IMG/VR virus record: IMGVR_UViG_3300037424_000434
Location: 160,001 to 224,000 of that record
Length of the DNA: 64,000 bases
Reading direction: 5' to 3' (one strand)
Source of the DNA: a virus
Lineage: Duplodnaviria > Caudoviricetes
Below the pieces are notes generated by a model. The model worked only from the letters and a program-made list of their open reading frames with translations, ran no database searches and was not told where the DNA came from. The translations under genes were made by a program, and so were the position numbers. Below are positions 62,674 through 64,000 of this stretch, one piece after another (within the stretch, counting starts at the first letter, position 1; the number at the start of each line of letters is the position of its first letter).

Positions 62674-62942
62674 TGAACTTGAGCCTCACCAAAGATCAAT
62701 TTCTTGAGTTGATCGCGGTCTATATAATAGAGGAAGCCAAAAATAGAGGAAAAGAACTCTTATTAACCGACACACAGGATTTAGATGAATACGAACGGTT
62801 GTTGGTGCATATTTCAAAATTTCCGATGGAAAGTTCATTAAAAATGGCTAAACATAATATTGAACCTAAAATCAAAGTGCAGGGGAAAAGACTGATGGGT
62901 AGCCTAAATAAGGCAGATGATGTGAGGATAATAATAGGATGA
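62673..62942 (+). CDS. Hypothetical protein
   Basis: 89 aa, TAATG coupling. Confidence 0.55.
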   Translation: MNLSLTKDQFLELIAVYIIEEAKNRGKELLLTDTQDLDEYERLLVHISKFPMESSLKMAKHNIEPKIKVQGKRLMGSLNKADDVRIIIG

Positions 62943-63376
62943 GTCAAATAACTCTTACACCAGACGAAATGCCCGATTTTGTTGTTGCATTTTTGATGGA
63001 TAATTTCAAAAACGAGGAACTTAGAGAATTAAACCCTCTATGGAAAAAATTTATTGAAACCCTTGAAGCAAAGGGTGTTGAATCACAAACAATGATCTAC
63101 TATTTACATATGGACGCGGAAACCCGCCTGAAGTATAAGATGATTGCTGATGTATTTAGTGGCAAATCTAGTAGTGCAAAAATCAATATTACAAAAAATA
63201 TAGCAAAAACAACTGAACGCAAAATTAAATATGGAAATATAAAAAACATCATAAAAAAGGTGTTTAAGATTGTCAAAGAAGAAAGATACAGAACATCTAT
63301 GCCCATAACAGAGATGAAAATGGATAAAATCATTAAATATGTTATGGATCAAGAAAAAACGGAGGAAGACGAATAA
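62939..63376 (+). CDS. Hypothetical protein
   Basis: 145 aa. Confidence 0.6.
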   Translation: MSQITLTPDEMPDFVVAFLMDNFKNEELRELNPLWKKFIETLEAKGVESQTMIYYLHMDAETRLKYKMIADVFSGKSSSAKINITKNIAKTTERKIKYGNIKNIIKKVFKIVKEERYRTSMPITEMKMDKIIKYVMDQEKTEEDE

Positions 63377-63885
63377 TGGGTGAATTTAATGGCACACCAG
63401 AAATAAACAGAAGAATGAATTTTTCTAGTGATTCTGGACCAAAAAATGTGGCAGCAGATACGACAGCAACAGATACGACAGCAACAGATACGACAGCAAC
63501 AGATACGACAGCAACGGTAACCCCCGGTGCAGAAGCAGCAGCAGCACAAGGAACACAGACTAGCCAAGAAACATCGGCAGCAGCAGAAACAGGAGCATCC
63601 ACAGAAACCCCTACTGAGACCACCGAAGAGCCAAAAAAACAGTATTCAACTGATGTCGAGGGTGTATCATGTGATGATGAAGTAAAGGTTGGTACTGATA
63701 AATTCCCTTGTTTTGATGTCTCTCATTCAGAGTTTTATCAAAACATGCAAGATGGTAGACGTAGGTTACGTTTCAATCAAGGCAGTAATTGTCAGAAGTA
63801 TATGGCCGGAACTAGATACAATCGAGCGTTTTATATTAGACACACGGATGCGCAAGGAAAAACCTTTGTGCGCCGAGTAAAGTAG
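63376..63885 (+). CDS. Hypothetical protein with low-complexity TDTTA linker
   Basis: 169 aa, conserved-looking C-terminus GRRRLRF. Confidence 0.6.
   Translation: MGEFNGTPEINRRMNFSSDSGPKNVAADTTATDTTATDTTATDTTATVTPGAEAAAAQGTQTSQETSAAAETGASTETPTETTEEPKKQYSTDVEGVSCDDEVKVGTDKFPCFDVSHSEFYQNMQDGRRRLRFNQGSNCQKYMAGTRYNRAFYIRHTDAQGKTFVRRVK
63455..63515 (+). repeat. (cagatacgacagcaa)x4
   Basis: Read directly from sequence. Confidence 0.95.
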
Positions 63886-63886
63886 G

Positions 63887-63915
63887 TTTACAGATCAACA
63901 CAAATATGCCATAAT
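63887..63915 (+). promoter_or_regulatory. Sigma70-type promoter, GTTTACA class
   Basis: TTTACA-N17-CATAAT. Confidence 0.65.
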
Positions 63916-63944
63916 ACCTTTACTAACCTAAAGGAGAAAGGACA

Positions 63945-64000
63945 TTGGTAACTATTTGTTTCGATATGAATAATCTGGTGATGCGTAATCTGTTTGGACA
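63945..64000 (+). CDS. Start of T4 RNase H / 5'-3' exonuclease-like gene (partial)
   Basis: TTG start, MVTICFDMNNLVMRNLFG resembles the D..NL..R N-terminus; AAGGAG/AAGGA RBS. Confidence 0.5.
   Translation, partial: MVTICFDMNNLVMRNLFG

Overview
64 kb segment of a large T4-like (Tevenvirinae-style) myovirus genome; every credible gene is on the + strand and the standard code is used. Layout: 1-18.4 kb baseplate/tail module (gp53, hub, gp5, PAAR, gp25, gp6, gp7-like, fibres) with the gp55 late sigma factor embedded; 18.5-36.9 kb recombination/accessory block (gp47, gp46 fractured by an atypically split intein with a Vsr-like endonuclease between the halves, UvsX, a possible glycosyltransferase, N-domain-less ClpB, HNH, RNA ligase); 37-52 kb RNA island (29 tRNAs covering all 20 amino acids, tmRNA, a YrlA-type Y RNA, further Y-like RNAs and several unexplained structured ncRNAs) with ThyX, a triheme cytochrome c7 and a GH108 endolysin; 52-64 kb NADAR, PgpH-like HD domain, NAD-dependent ligase, HNH, gp59-like, gp32, resolvase and the start of an RNase H-like gene. 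Strongest leads: the phage-encoded PpcA-type cytochrome c7 (suggesting a Desulfuromonadales/Geobacter-like host, inference), the split intein in gp46, a shared C-terminal [ND]HFEx[DS]LF tag on unrelated proteins, and a family of Y-like RNAs. All family assignments are by eye from motifs; no database searches or folding programs were run, and coordinates were hand-counted.
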